From: an uncultured Candidatus Saccharibacteria bacterium | GTDB taxonomy: Bacteria; Patescibacteriota; Minisyncoccia; Phycocordibacterales; UBA9973 | Reading direction: 5' to 3' | Assembly: GCA_964606285.1 (NCBI GenBank) | Contig: CAZSFP010000001.1 | Coordinates: 133,376-197,375 of the forward strand | Length of the DNA: 64,000 nt | In this document: piece after piece, positions 46,511 through 55,419 of the stretch | Numbering within the stretch: position 1 is the first letter of the stretch | Layout of the letters: the number at the start of each line of letters is the position of its first letter | Position numbers and translations under genes: made by a program | The notes under the pieces: generated by a model | Told to the model about the DNA's origin: nothing | The model's database searches: none | Seen by the model: only the letters and a program-made list of their open reading frames with translations

Positions 46511-48010
46511 TTACTCTCTCGGTTTCATTATTGGGAAAAAGATTGTATCACGGAGGTTTTTTTGTTCGGTAAAGATGGCAACGAGGCGGTCGATACCCAT
46601 ACCAAATCCCGTCATTGGTGGCATACCGTGCTCCATTGCCGTAAGAAAATCTTCATCGATCTCCATCGCCTCCGCATCCCCGCCCTCTTTCGCTTTCATT
46701 TGTTCCTCGAGAAGCATGCGCTGGACGAGCGGGTCAACGAGTTCGGCGTACTGATTCGTGATCTCGGCACCGCCGATGATGAGCTGGGCGACTTGTGCTG
46801 TTCCGTCTTCGTTTTGCTGGGCAAGCGGTTTCAAATCACCTGGGTAGTTGATGACAAATGTTGGATTGATAAGTTTCGGACGAGCAGTGTGTTTGTAGAT
46901 GAAATCAAGGAGATTTGCACGACTGGTTTTCGCGGCTTCTTTGGCGTCCATTCCATATTTTTGTGATTCTGTTTGCAATTCTTCGATCGTTGCTGTCGTC
47001 ATCTCAACCCCTGCATATTCACGGAGAAGATCGGCAAAGGTCTTGCGTTCCCAAACGCCATCAAAGTCGACAATAGTTCCCTGTCCTTCTTTGTCATAGA
47101 CAGTAAACGATGTCTTGCCGACGACATGTGTCGCCAAATATTTCAAAAGCTCTTCGGTCCACGCGATATTGTCTTCGAGGGTTTTGTACGCGGCATACCA
47201 TTCCATCATGGTAAATTCTTGGATATGGGTCGGATCGGATCCTTCGTTGCGGAAATTCTTGCCGATCTCGTAGACCGCAGGAAAACCGCCCGCCATGAGC
47301 ATCTTGTGCTCGATCTCAAGCGAGATACGAAGCTTCATGTCAATATCGAGATCGTTGTGATGCGTCAGAAACGGCTGTGCCATCGCACCACCGGCTTTGA
47401 GTTTCAATATTGGTGTTTCTATTTCGAGAAAACCGCGTTCATCAAAGAATCGGCGGATCTCAGAAACTATTTTTGAACGGAGTGTGAACCGATCAAAGAC
47501 TGTTTGATCAGAAAGGAGTTCGAGGTAGCGCTTGCGATACCGCTCATCGGTGTCTTGGAGTCCTGCCCATTTTTCCGGCAATGGCAACAATGCTTTCGTC
47601 GCCATCATCCATGAACGGACGAGGATACTTTGTTCACCACGCTGCGTGACAAACAGTGTGCCGGTGACTGATATAAAGTCGCCCATGTCGACAGTGTCGG
47701 TAAAGAGAGCGAAGGCTGATTCATCGATTTCGTCTTTTTTAAACACGGCTTGAAAACGGTCAGTACCATCAGAAAGCACAGCAAAAAGAATCGCGCCCTG
47801 GCCACGGAGGACCATAACACGACCAACGAGAGATATTTCTCGTTCGCCAAAACCGTCAAAACCTTTTTTTACTTCTTTGAGAGAATAATCACGAGGAACG
47901 GTTGCTGGATACGGATCCATGCCCGCCATGCGCAATCGTTCCAATTTTTCTACGCGAATCTGTTTGAGTTCTTCAAGTGATGCCATTTGTCTATAGTAGC
48001 ATACGCCCAA
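46511..48010 (-). CDS. lysS: lysyl-tRNA synthetase, class II
   Basis: Class II motifs FRNEG, GGFPAVYEIGKNFRNEG and ...GIDRLVAI; N-terminal OB-fold anticodon-binding domain. Confidence 0.95.
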   Translation of the reverse strand: MGVCYYRQMASLEELKQIRVEKLERLRMAGMDPYPATVPRDYSLKEVKKGFDGFGEREISLVGRVMVLRGQGAILFAVLSDGTDRFQAVFKKDEIDESAFALFTDTVDMGDFISVTGTLFVTQRGEQSILVRSWMMATKALLPLPEKWAGLQDTDERYRKRYLELLSDQTVFDRFTLRSKIVSEIRRFFDERGFLEIETPILKLKAGGAMAQPFLTHHNDLDIDMKLRISLEIEHKMLMAGGFPAVYEIGKNFRNEGSDPTHIQEFTMMEWYAAYKTLEDNIAWTEELLKYLATHVVGKTSFTVYDKEGQGTIVDFDGVWERKTFADLLREYAGVEMTTATIEELQTESQKYGMDAKEAAKTSRANLLDFIYKHTARPKLINPTFVINYPGDLKPLAQQNEDGTAQVAQLIIGGAEITNQYAELVDPLVQRMLLEEQMKAKEGGDAEAMEIDEDFLTAMEHGMPPMTGFGMGIDRLVAIFTEQKNLRDTIFFPIMKPRE

Positions 48011-48123
48011 GTATCTGTGAAAGATTAAGAATGTCTAATTTCTAATATCTAAATCAACCTCACCTCAGTCCTCTCCTAGATTAGGAGAAGGTGCCTGAAA
48101 GGCGGATGAGGTTGAAATTCAGA

Positions 48124-48579
48124 TTATTCAATAGAAACAATAGTATATTCGATTGTTCCTGCTGGAGCGTGAACAGAGACAGTGTCTCCTTTCTTTTTCC
48201 CAAAGAGTGCAGCACCGAGCGGTGACTGGTTTGAGATCTTGCCTTGGATCATGTCCGCTTCTTCGGCACCGACGATCTTGTAGACTTTTTTATCACCTCC
48301 CTTTTTTGAAACAGTCACAGTAGTCCCAACTTCAACGAGATCTGCATGGTGTGATGTCACAACAGTAGAATTTTTCAAAATGTGTTCGATCTTTTGGATG
48401 CGATCTTCGAGCTTGCCCTGTTCATCGCGAGCTTCGTGGTATTCCGCGTTCTCAGACAAATCACCGAGTGACTTTGCGTACTCGAGTTTTGCCAACACTT
48501 CCTTGCGGTCAACACCGGCAAGACGTGCGAGTTCTTTTTCGAGTTCAATTTTCTTTTCTGCGGTGATATATTCCGTCAT
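48124..48579 (-). CDS. greA: transcription elongation factor GreA
   Basis: Coiled-coil N-terminus with DLSENAEYH, plus a C-terminal FKBP-like domain. Confidence 0.9.
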   Translation of the reverse strand: MTEYITAEKKIELEKELARLAGVDRKEVLAKLEYAKSLGDLSENAEYHEARDEQGKLEDRIQKIEHILKNSTVVTSHHADLVEVGTTVTVSKKGGDKKVYKIVGAEEADMIQGKISNQSPLGAALFGKKKGDTVSVHAPAGTIEYTIVSIE

Positions 48580-48617
48580 AGTTTGGGTATTCTAGCATTC
48601 TATGACCCAAAGTCAAT

Positions 48618-50309
48618 CTAGCGTATTTCCGTGTATTCAGGGGTATTTATATCCATCCAATAGACAGTTTTCCCCATGGCATAGGCAGCACCGGTCGCAC
48701 TGGCCACATTCGGTGCACTCTCCATGAGAACTGCAAAGGCATAGCGCGGTTTTTCATATGGAAAGAAGCCGATCGCCCATGAGTTGACGAACTGGTTGCG
48801 GGCACCGACCTGTGCGGTACCCGTCTTTGCAGCGACAGAAACTCCGGGGAAATTGAGGTAATGACCCGTTCCTTCGGTCACCACCAGACGCATACCGTCG
48901 TAGACGACTTGGAGGTCCGACGGATCAAGCGGGATCGTTTCGATCACTTCCGGCGTCTGACCGGCGATAATATGCGGTGTGAGTAGCTTGCCATTGTTCG
49001 CAAGTGCGGCGACCGCGCGAACCATCTGGACCGGCGTCACCTGTACGCCATACTGACCGATCGCAGTGTTGTAGCTATCACCAATACGCCAGATGTCGCC
49101 TTTGAAATTTTTTGCTTTCCATGTGGGATTTGGGATCGTGCCATCTTTGTCACCGAGCGAAATATTTGTTTTTTCCCCCATACCAAAAAGTCGGAAATAT
49201 TTTTCCATGCGCGTAATACCCAATCCTTCCTGTCCCTGATATCCCCCACCAATCGTATAGAAATAGACGTTCGATGACACAGCGATCGCTTGTCGCATGT
49301 CGACCCATCCATGTGCTTTGTTGTCTTTGAACACCGTTTTTTGTCCCGGATTGTACGGATTTGGAATCGAGATCGAACCGGAACTAAAAATTTGTTTCGT
49401 TGGACTGATGATATTTTCTGTCAACGCACCGATCGCGAGAAACGGCTTCACAATGGAACCCGGCGTGTAGAGTCCGGAGAGTGCGCGATTGAGAAAAACC
49501 TTGCGCTTGTCTTTGTTGTAGAGATTGATCGTTGCAGTGTCTTCACCTTTCGATAAAATATTTGCGTTGTATTCTGGATAACTTGTCAGCGCGAGTAATT
49601 CTCCTGTTTGCACATCCATAATGAGTCCTGCACCGCCAGTGTAGCCAGATTTCTCGGCAAGTTCAACAATCGAATTGTACAACTGTTCTTGGACGCGGCC
49701 GTCGATCGAGAGATTGAGTGGTGCACCGTCAGTCGGCGGGTTCACGATATTTTTCGATTGAATTTCTCCATGCACATCAGTTTCCAAAACTTGCGCACCA
49801 TTCACACCACTCAAGTCATCATTGTAAAGTTTCTCGACACCACCGCGGCCGACAAATTCTGTCTGCCAAAACCGCCCAGAGGAGTCTTTGTCAGGATAAC
49901 TGACGTAACCCAAGATATGTGAGAACCCGTTCTTTGCGATGTAGGTCCGATCAGGAATATCCCTGTTCTCGACATCTGTATTCCATGCAAGTAACATCTG
50001 ATTTCTGTCGTAGATCATGCCACGATCTGCAAAGAGTGGAATCTTGTCAAAGCTGTTCTGTTCGCTCTTTGTCAGATACCAGTCGCCGCGCGCGATACTG
50101 ACATACCCGACGCGTCCCAGAAACAAAATACCGATGACGAGAACAGCGAGCGAGAAAAATTGGATCGTCTTTTTTGAAATTGGTTTCTCGATGCGACCTT
50201 CGAACTGCTGCACGTCAAAGTCCGGCAAGTTACGTGCATCGAGCAACACCTCGTCGGGATTGATCTCATACAGCGGAATCTTTTTTGAACGGCGGAATCG
50301 TATCATCAT
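48618..50309 (-). CDS. mrdA: penicillin-binding protein 2-like transpeptidase
   Basis: N-terminal TM helix; SxxK GSIVKP, SSN, KTGTAQ. Confidence 0.88.
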   Translation of the reverse strand: MMIRFRRSKKIPLYEINPDEVLLDARNLPDFDVQQFEGRIEKPISKKTIQFFSLAVLVIGILFLGRVGYVSIARGDWYLTKSEQNSFDKIPLFADRGMIYDRNQMLLAWNTDVENRDIPDRTYIAKNGFSHILGYVSYPDKDSSGRFWQTEFVGRGGVEKLYNDDLSGVNGAQVLETDVHGEIQSKNIVNPPTDGAPLNLSIDGRVQEQLYNSIVELAEKSGYTGGAGLIMDVQTGELLALTSYPEYNANILSKGEDTATINLYNKDKRKVFLNRALSGLYTPGSIVKPFLAIGALTENIISPTKQIFSSGSISIPNPYNPGQKTVFKDNKAHGWVDMRQAIAVSSNVYFYTIGGGYQGQEGLGITRMEKYFRLFGMGEKTNISLGDKDGTIPNPTWKAKNFKGDIWRIGDSYNTAIGQYGVQVTPVQMVRAVAALANNGKLLTPHIIAGQTPEVIETIPLDPSDLQVVYDGMRLVVTEGTGHYLNFPGVSVAAKTGTAQVGARNQFVNSWAIGFFPYEKPRYAFAVLMESAPNVASATGAAYAMGKTVYWMDINTPEYTEIR

Positions 50310-50316
50310 AAGTTGC

Positions 50317-50598
50317 TTATAGAGTTATACGCTTGAGACGTGGACGAATGAGTTGATAGATGATGAAAATAACAGCCGCGAACAGTGTGACGATGTATTG
50401 AAAATTGAAAAATCGCAACTGAGGAACCCCGAATATCAGATCGATGAGGAGACTAAAGAAAAAGAGTTCAACAAACCATGGAAAAAGCACCGTGCCAGCA
50501 ACGAGCAAAATAGCCGTTATCCAAAACGGTAGAAAAAAAACACTGACAATAAGTATGAGATCAAAGACAACGCGTTTCCACATGGGTCTAGTATACAA
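50317..50598 (-). CDS. small membrane protein, possibly MreD-like
   Basis: Three hydrophobic helices; sits directly downstream of the PBP2 gene. Confidence 0.35.
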   Translation of the reverse strand: MYTRPMWKRVVFDLILIVSVFFLPFWITAILLVAGTVLFPWFVELFFFSLLIDLIFGVPQLRFFNFQYIVTLFAAVIFIIYQLIRPRLKRITL

Positions 50599-50645
50599 TA
50601 CAAATAAAAAAAGCAGGAATTACCTGCTTTTTCAGACTATAATAA

Positions 50646-51011
50646 TCAAGTCGTGGCGATTGTTTTTTCACCAATAAGGTGTTTAAGAAGAAATTTTCCT
50701 TTATAATTTACATAAGAGTCTTTTGTAACAAAGGCATCTCCGGAACCTATTTTTTCTACTTTTTCATTACCGTAGAAATCTTTTATTTTTTCTTCTTGGA
50801 TAAATGCATCCCAAATAAATCCTTTATCACATACCAACGCAAGACTTCCATTGGCCATTTTTTCAATAGTTAAAGTTCTTTCTGTGGGAATTAATATTCT
50901 TAGACAATTCCCGTCACCAACCAAAAAATCTTCTGTATTTATAACGATTAAAAATTTTATATGAGAAAACTTTTTTAAAAGTTCATTACCATAAAATGAT
51001 TCTGATCCCAT
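50646..51011 (-). CDS. hypothetical protein (121 aa)
   Basis: ORF with no assignable domain. Confidence 0.4.
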   Translation of the reverse strand: MGSESFYGNELLKKFSHIKFLIVINTEDFLVGDGNCLRILIPTERTLTIEKMANGSLALVCDKGFIWDAFIQEEKIKDFYGNEKVEKIGSGDAFVTKDSYVNYKGKFLLKHLIGEKTIATT

Positions 51012-51076
51012 GATTACTATAATTTAATATATTTTTTATTATAGTATCAACATTATTTTAAAGTGTCAAATAGAAT

Positions 51077-51895
51077 TTATTCCTCTTTCTTTTTAAACAA
51101 TCGGAAGATTTTGCGGATGATGACATAGAGAATGATAATTCCAACAACATAGAACACTGCTTTTATTTTGAAAATGAAACCAAAGAGCGTCATGAAAAAT
51201 AATCCGACATACGCGAGGGGTTTTTTGAGTTGTACGTCTTTCATTTCTCCATTGTTCGTAATCGCATCTGCGCCGTTCGTGATGTCTGCATCAAACGCGT
51301 CTTTGATGTTTTGCTTGTATTCTTGGCGCTTGAGTTCGATATCGACTGCTGTTACTGTTCGAAAATCTTCGACACTTGAAAAAATAGTATCAACTTTTTG
51401 TTCGATCGGATCCGGCAAAACACTGGAGATTTTTTCTGTTACTGTATCAAAACCTTTTTGAATCGTTGGAAATGTTTCGGTTTCCCCGTCCGCATTTGTG
51501 GAAAGTTTCTTTGGTACAGTCACACGGAGCGTCGGGACGTCTTTGGGATCAAGCGTCACAGGTGTTTTTTCTTTGTTGTCGAGCGTCGCATTGACCAATG
51601 TAACTGAGAGATCGTGTGCACCTGCGGTCGGTGTCCAACTGATCGAGACGTCTTTTGATGATCCAGCAGGCAATGTCACTGGTTTCTGACCGAGAACAAC
51701 TTTGCCGTCAAAGAAAAATGCCGTGCCAGAGAGTCCGACTGTTTCGCCATTGTAGAGTAGTGCATGCACAGTCACCTTTTGGCCTTCGACCAACGGTTCC
51801 GGAGAAAACCAAATCGGATCTGTCACAAAAGATACAGATGATGCAAATACTGATGACGCAAAGAAAAAGAGAGAAATGAAAAAAGAAGAGATCAT
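51077..51895 (-). CDS. hypothetical secreted/membrane protein with a signal peptide and a C-terminal TM anchor
   Basis: N-terminal SLFFFASSVFASS; C-terminal hydrophobic helix followed by a basic tail. Confidence 0.5.
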   Translation of the reverse strand: MISSFFISLFFFASSVFASSVSFVTDPIWFSPEPLVEGQKVTVHALLYNGETVGLSGTAFFFDGKVVLGQKPVTLPAGSSKDVSISWTPTAGAHDLSVTLVNATLDNKEKTPVTLDPKDVPTLRVTVPKKLSTNADGETETFPTIQKGFDTVTEKISSVLPDPIEQKVDTIFSSVEDFRTVTAVDIELKRQEYKQNIKDAFDADITNGADAITNNGEMKDVQLKKPLAYVGLFFMTLFGFIFKIKAVFYVVGIIILYVIIRKIFRLFKKKEE

Positions 51896-51942
51896 GTGAT
51901 CAGTATAGCAAATGATTGGAACAGGACGAGCGAAAACTGTGA

Positions 51943-52668
51943 TTATCTCATCCGAAATGTAGCTTTCACTGTAACCATGATGTCTTTCTCAATCTTTGAC
52001 GTATCATATGATCCATAATCAGACACATCAGTTGAACCATGTGACATGACTTGAACAACACCAGAAGATGCACTCTTGAGTGCGCCGATTTTCGATCCGC
52101 CGGCACTCGCGATCTCACTCGCGCGAGCCTGTGCGTCCTTGATCGCATCTGCGAGCAATGTCACACGTGCTTCGGGAAGCTTGGAATAATAGTATTCAAG
52201 CGATGCGGTCGAATAGAGCAAACCTTTGTCGATGAGCGGACTGATGTTTTTTGCAACAGCAGTGATCTTTGCGACGTCGGATGACTGGATCTCGATCGTC
52301 TGACGGAGTGTGTATTCTTTTTCTGGTTGCTGGTACTGCTGATACACCTCATCCATAAAAACAGGTGTGATGACAATTTGATCTTCAGAAATACCTTGCG
52401 CAACGAGAAATCCTTTGACTTCAGCAAGATCACGAGACAATAATGCGTATCCTGCTTTGAGTGTACTTGCTTTCGCTGGACGACTAAGCGTTGAAACCCA
52501 TTTGACGGTGTCAGCGGTGACTTGCTGTTTTGCTGAACCGGTAACAGAAAGCGTGTTATTCGACAGTGTTACTTTATAGACAACAAACGCACCAATACCA
52601 ACCGCGATGACGATACTTGCACCGAGAATCCAACCGAGAATAACCAATGGAGAAATTGTTTTGTTCAT
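51943..52668 (-). CDS. SIMPL (DUF541) domain protein
   Basis: N-terminal TM helix; SIMPL-like alternating beta pattern; weak assignment. Confidence 0.5.
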   Translation of the reverse strand: MNKTISPLVILGWILGASIVIAVGIGAFVVYKVTLSNNTLSVTGSAKQQVTADTVKWVSTLSRPAKASTLKAGYALLSRDLAEVKGFLVAQGISEDQIVITPVFMDEVYQQYQQPEKEYTLRQTIEIQSSDVAKITAVAKNISPLIDKGLLYSTASLEYYYSKLPEARVTLLADAIKDAQARASEIASAGGSKIGALKSASSGVVQVMSHGSTDVSDYGSYDTSKIEKDIMVTVKATFRMR

Positions 52669-52691
52669 AAAAAATATATGAGGAATAATAC

Positions 52692-53378
52692 CTATTGTAC
52701 CACAGGCGGTTTTCGCATGGCAATTTTGTAGACTATATATATACCGATGCAGGCAACGAGAGCAATAAAGACGATGTTTTCATAATGAGAAATTTTTTCC
52801 GCATATATCTGATATGCGACACCGAGCTGCCAACCGAGAAAACCGAGGATGTATGCACGAACAATCGTCCCAAAGAATGTCACGACGAGATACCGGAGGA
52901 ATGATATACGCGATACCGCGCTATACGTACAGACGATGATCGACGGCAACATTGGGATAATGCGGAGAAAAAAGATGAACCAGTATTCGTGTGTATGCTT
53001 TTTGAACACGAGCGATTTTTCCTTGATCGCATCCCACGACACACCGAACCATTTTCCATAACGATCAACAAATGCCTTGCCGCCATGGCGGAATACAAGA
53101 AAGATAACGCTGGCGCCGATTGTCACACCGACCGCTGCCGGAATCGCCACAACAAAAAAGAGTTTGCTGAAATTCGCTGCAGTCAATGCACCACTGACAA
53201 GAAAAAATCCTCCTCCCATCTGGACAAGTGCCGATGGAATGATAGCGACCACTTCTTCGATAACAGATCCGAGTAATACTCCCCAACCGCCGAGCGGCAA
53301 AAGAACGGATTGGATAAAAGTGATGACGTGTTCAATCATGATGAAAGTATACCAGAAAACATGATAGAATAATCCCAT
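52692..53378 (-). CDS. DedA/TVP38 family membrane protein
   Basis: Membrane topology and FLRIIPMLPS reentrant-loop-like motif. Confidence 0.7.
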   Translation of the reverse strand: MGLFYHVFWYTFIMIEHVITFIQSVLLPLGGWGVLLGSVIEEVVAIIPSALVQMGGGFFLVSGALTAANFSKLFFVVAIPAAVGVTIGASVIFLVFRHGGKAFVDRYGKWFGVSWDAIKEKSLVFKKHTHEYWFIFFLRIIPMLPSIIVCTYSAVSRISFLRYLVVTFFGTIVRAYILGFLGWQLGVAYQIYAEKISHYENIVFIALVACIGIYIVYKIAMRKPPVVQ

Positions 53379-54273
53379 GAATCATTTCTTTCATCGAACG
53401 GGAGTTCAGGTTATCATCGGAATCATCGCACTGGGTGGAATCGGCTATGGCGTCTATCAATATCGCCATACAACTATCCGTCTCACAAATACCGTTCAAA
53501 CACTTGAGCAGACAAAAAATAGTTTTCAAACAACAATCGATGAACTTGTAAATCGTGTTGTCGACCTCGAAACAAAACAAAAAATCATCATTGATTCTCT
53601 TACCAGTACACAGCAAGACGCCGGTTCAATCGCGCTTCGACTGAGTCAGATCGATAGTACGGTCGGCACGCTTTCAAAACTCAGTGAAACTGATCCGGAA
53701 CTTTTGAAAAAATATTCGAAAGTGTATTTTCTCAACGAACACTATGTTCCGCTATCACTAACAAACATCGATCCGATATATTCAAATGAAAAGAGTCGCA
53801 CATATCAGATTCATAGTTCCGTTGCTCCGCACCTCACTGCCCTCCTTGCTGCAGCAAAAGCAGATGGTCTCAATCTCCTCATCGGATCTGCATATCGATC
53901 GTTCGGTACCCAGGCCGCACTCAAAACACAATACAAAGTCACCTATGGTGCCGGCACCGCAAATGCGTTTTCTGCCGATCAGGGATATTCTGAACATCAA
54001 CTCGGCACAACCGTAGACTTTACGACAAGCACTTCTAACGGTGCACTTTCTGGTTTTGAAAACAAGCCTGAGTATCCATGGCTTCAAGCAAACGCACACA
54101 AATACGGATTTGTTCTCTCGTATCCACCGAACAACATATATTACAAATTTGAACCATGGCACTGGCGCTATGTCGGCGTCGCTCTCGCAACAAAACTCCA
54201 CAACGACAACATGTATTTCTACGACATGGACCAGAGAATCATTGATGATTATCTCGCACAGATTTTTGATTAA
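53377..54273 (+). CDS. D-alanyl-D-alanine carboxypeptidase, peptidase M15 (VanY-like)
   Basis: SAYRS, SEHQLGTTVDF and EPWHWRY zinc-binding motifs; N-terminal TM helix. Confidence 0.85.
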   Translation: MNHFFHRTGVQVIIGIIALGGIGYGVYQYRHTTIRLTNTVQTLEQTKNSFQTTIDELVNRVVDLETKQKIIIDSLTSTQQDAGSIALRLSQIDSTVGTLSKLSETDPELLKKYSKVYFLNEHYVPLSLTNIDPIYSNEKSRTYQIHSSVAPHLTALLAAAKADGLNLLIGSAYRSFGTQAALKTQYKVTYGAGTANAFSADQGYSEHQLGTTVDFTTSTSNGALSGFENKPEYPWLQANAHKYGFVLSYPPNNIYYKFEPWHWRYVGVALATKLHNDNMYFYDMDQRIIDDYLAQIFD

Positions 54274-54319
54274 GAAAACAAAAAAAGCAAACAAGTTGTT
54301 TGCTTTTTTATTTTGAAAA

Positions 54320-55135
54320 TTATTTTTGCTTTAAAGGATCAAGAACACTTACTCGGACTTCGTGGACAGGAAACCCGCCACCTTCACATGCATAGACATT
54401 TTTGGGAATCTTGTCCAGCATGTTCTCAAATTCAGTTCCCTTGCTATCCCATCCATTTCTCACAATACCGTATAGCAACGTTCTATTAAAATTATACCAA
54501 TATGTTTCATATCCACTATCAGCATAAAAATTGATAATCCCATCGACTTTCTTTTTCTGAAGAAGCACATAGAGAAGCTTGGATATATCATGACCGAGTC
54601 GCAGTCTCAAAACAGATGATCCACCAAAGCCTTCGTTTTCCAAAAATTTTATGACCGGATAATCAAATCCATCATTGAGACTACCTGGAAACAACAAAAT
54701 AAAATTTTTTGGATTTTTTGATTCTCCGGGAACCTGATACATATCGAGGAATGGGTATGCCAGTATCACGCTTTCAAAAAAATCACCTTTTGAGAGTGCG
54801 TTTTCGAGTCGTGCAAATGATTGACTTTCCAATTCACGGTACGAAAACTTTTTTTCCAGATGAACAATACCTTGCTTTATTTTATTGAATTCCAATTCAC
54901 ATCTCTTTTTGATTTCCCGTGCGTACAAAATATTTGTCATCATTTCATCAGTAAATCCATATATTGATGCAAATTCTTCAAAGGAAACGGGTACTATTTT
55001 TGATGAAAAAGCGATAGATTCACGGACCTCAAAATTGTCTTTGTGAATAAGTTCATATGCAGCATAATTGTTTAATATATCCGCAATTTTTTCTGTATTA
55101 ATGTGCATGATGTCATGTTTTAACGTTTTCAACAC
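54320..55135 (-). CDS. hypothetical protein (271 aa)
   Basis: ORF with no assignable domain. Confidence 0.45.
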   Translation of the reverse strand: MLKTLKHDIMHINTEKIADILNNYAAYELIHKDNFEVRESIAFSSKIVPVSFEEFASIYGFTDEMMTNILYAREIKKRCELEFNKIKQGIVHLEKKFSYRELESQSFARLENALSKGDFFESVILAYPFLDMYQVPGESKNPKNFILLFPGSLNDGFDYPVIKFLENEGFGGSSVLRLRLGHDISKLLYVLLQKKKVDGIINFYADSGYETYWYNFNRTLLYGIVRNGWDSKGTEFENMLDKIPKNVYACEGGGFPVHEVRVSVLDPLKQK

Positions 55136-55160
55136 AATATATTATTTTTGACAACATGTC

Positions 55161-55194
55161 AAAAATCACCCGCGAAAGTACGGGTGATTTTTTA
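55161..55194. terminator. bidirectional intrinsic terminator AAAAATCACCCGCGAAAGTACGGGTGATTTTTT
   Basis: hairpin with A/T tracts. Confidence 0.65.
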
Positions 55195-55419
55195 TTTGCC
55201 AGATACCATTTCTCAGTTGATTGCGAAACTCTCTTATGGATTCTTTTTGTTTTTGTATTAGATGATGAGCAGTAGAACGAACTACAGGATTTTGTATTAC
55301 GAGGATAATAACGAAAGAAAAAATAAGAACAAGCATCAGACGGTGTTTGAAACTGGCTATTGTTTTCATGGGGAAACTTTTTTCTTTATTGTAGCAAATT
55401 TCCAAACTCCAGCAACCAA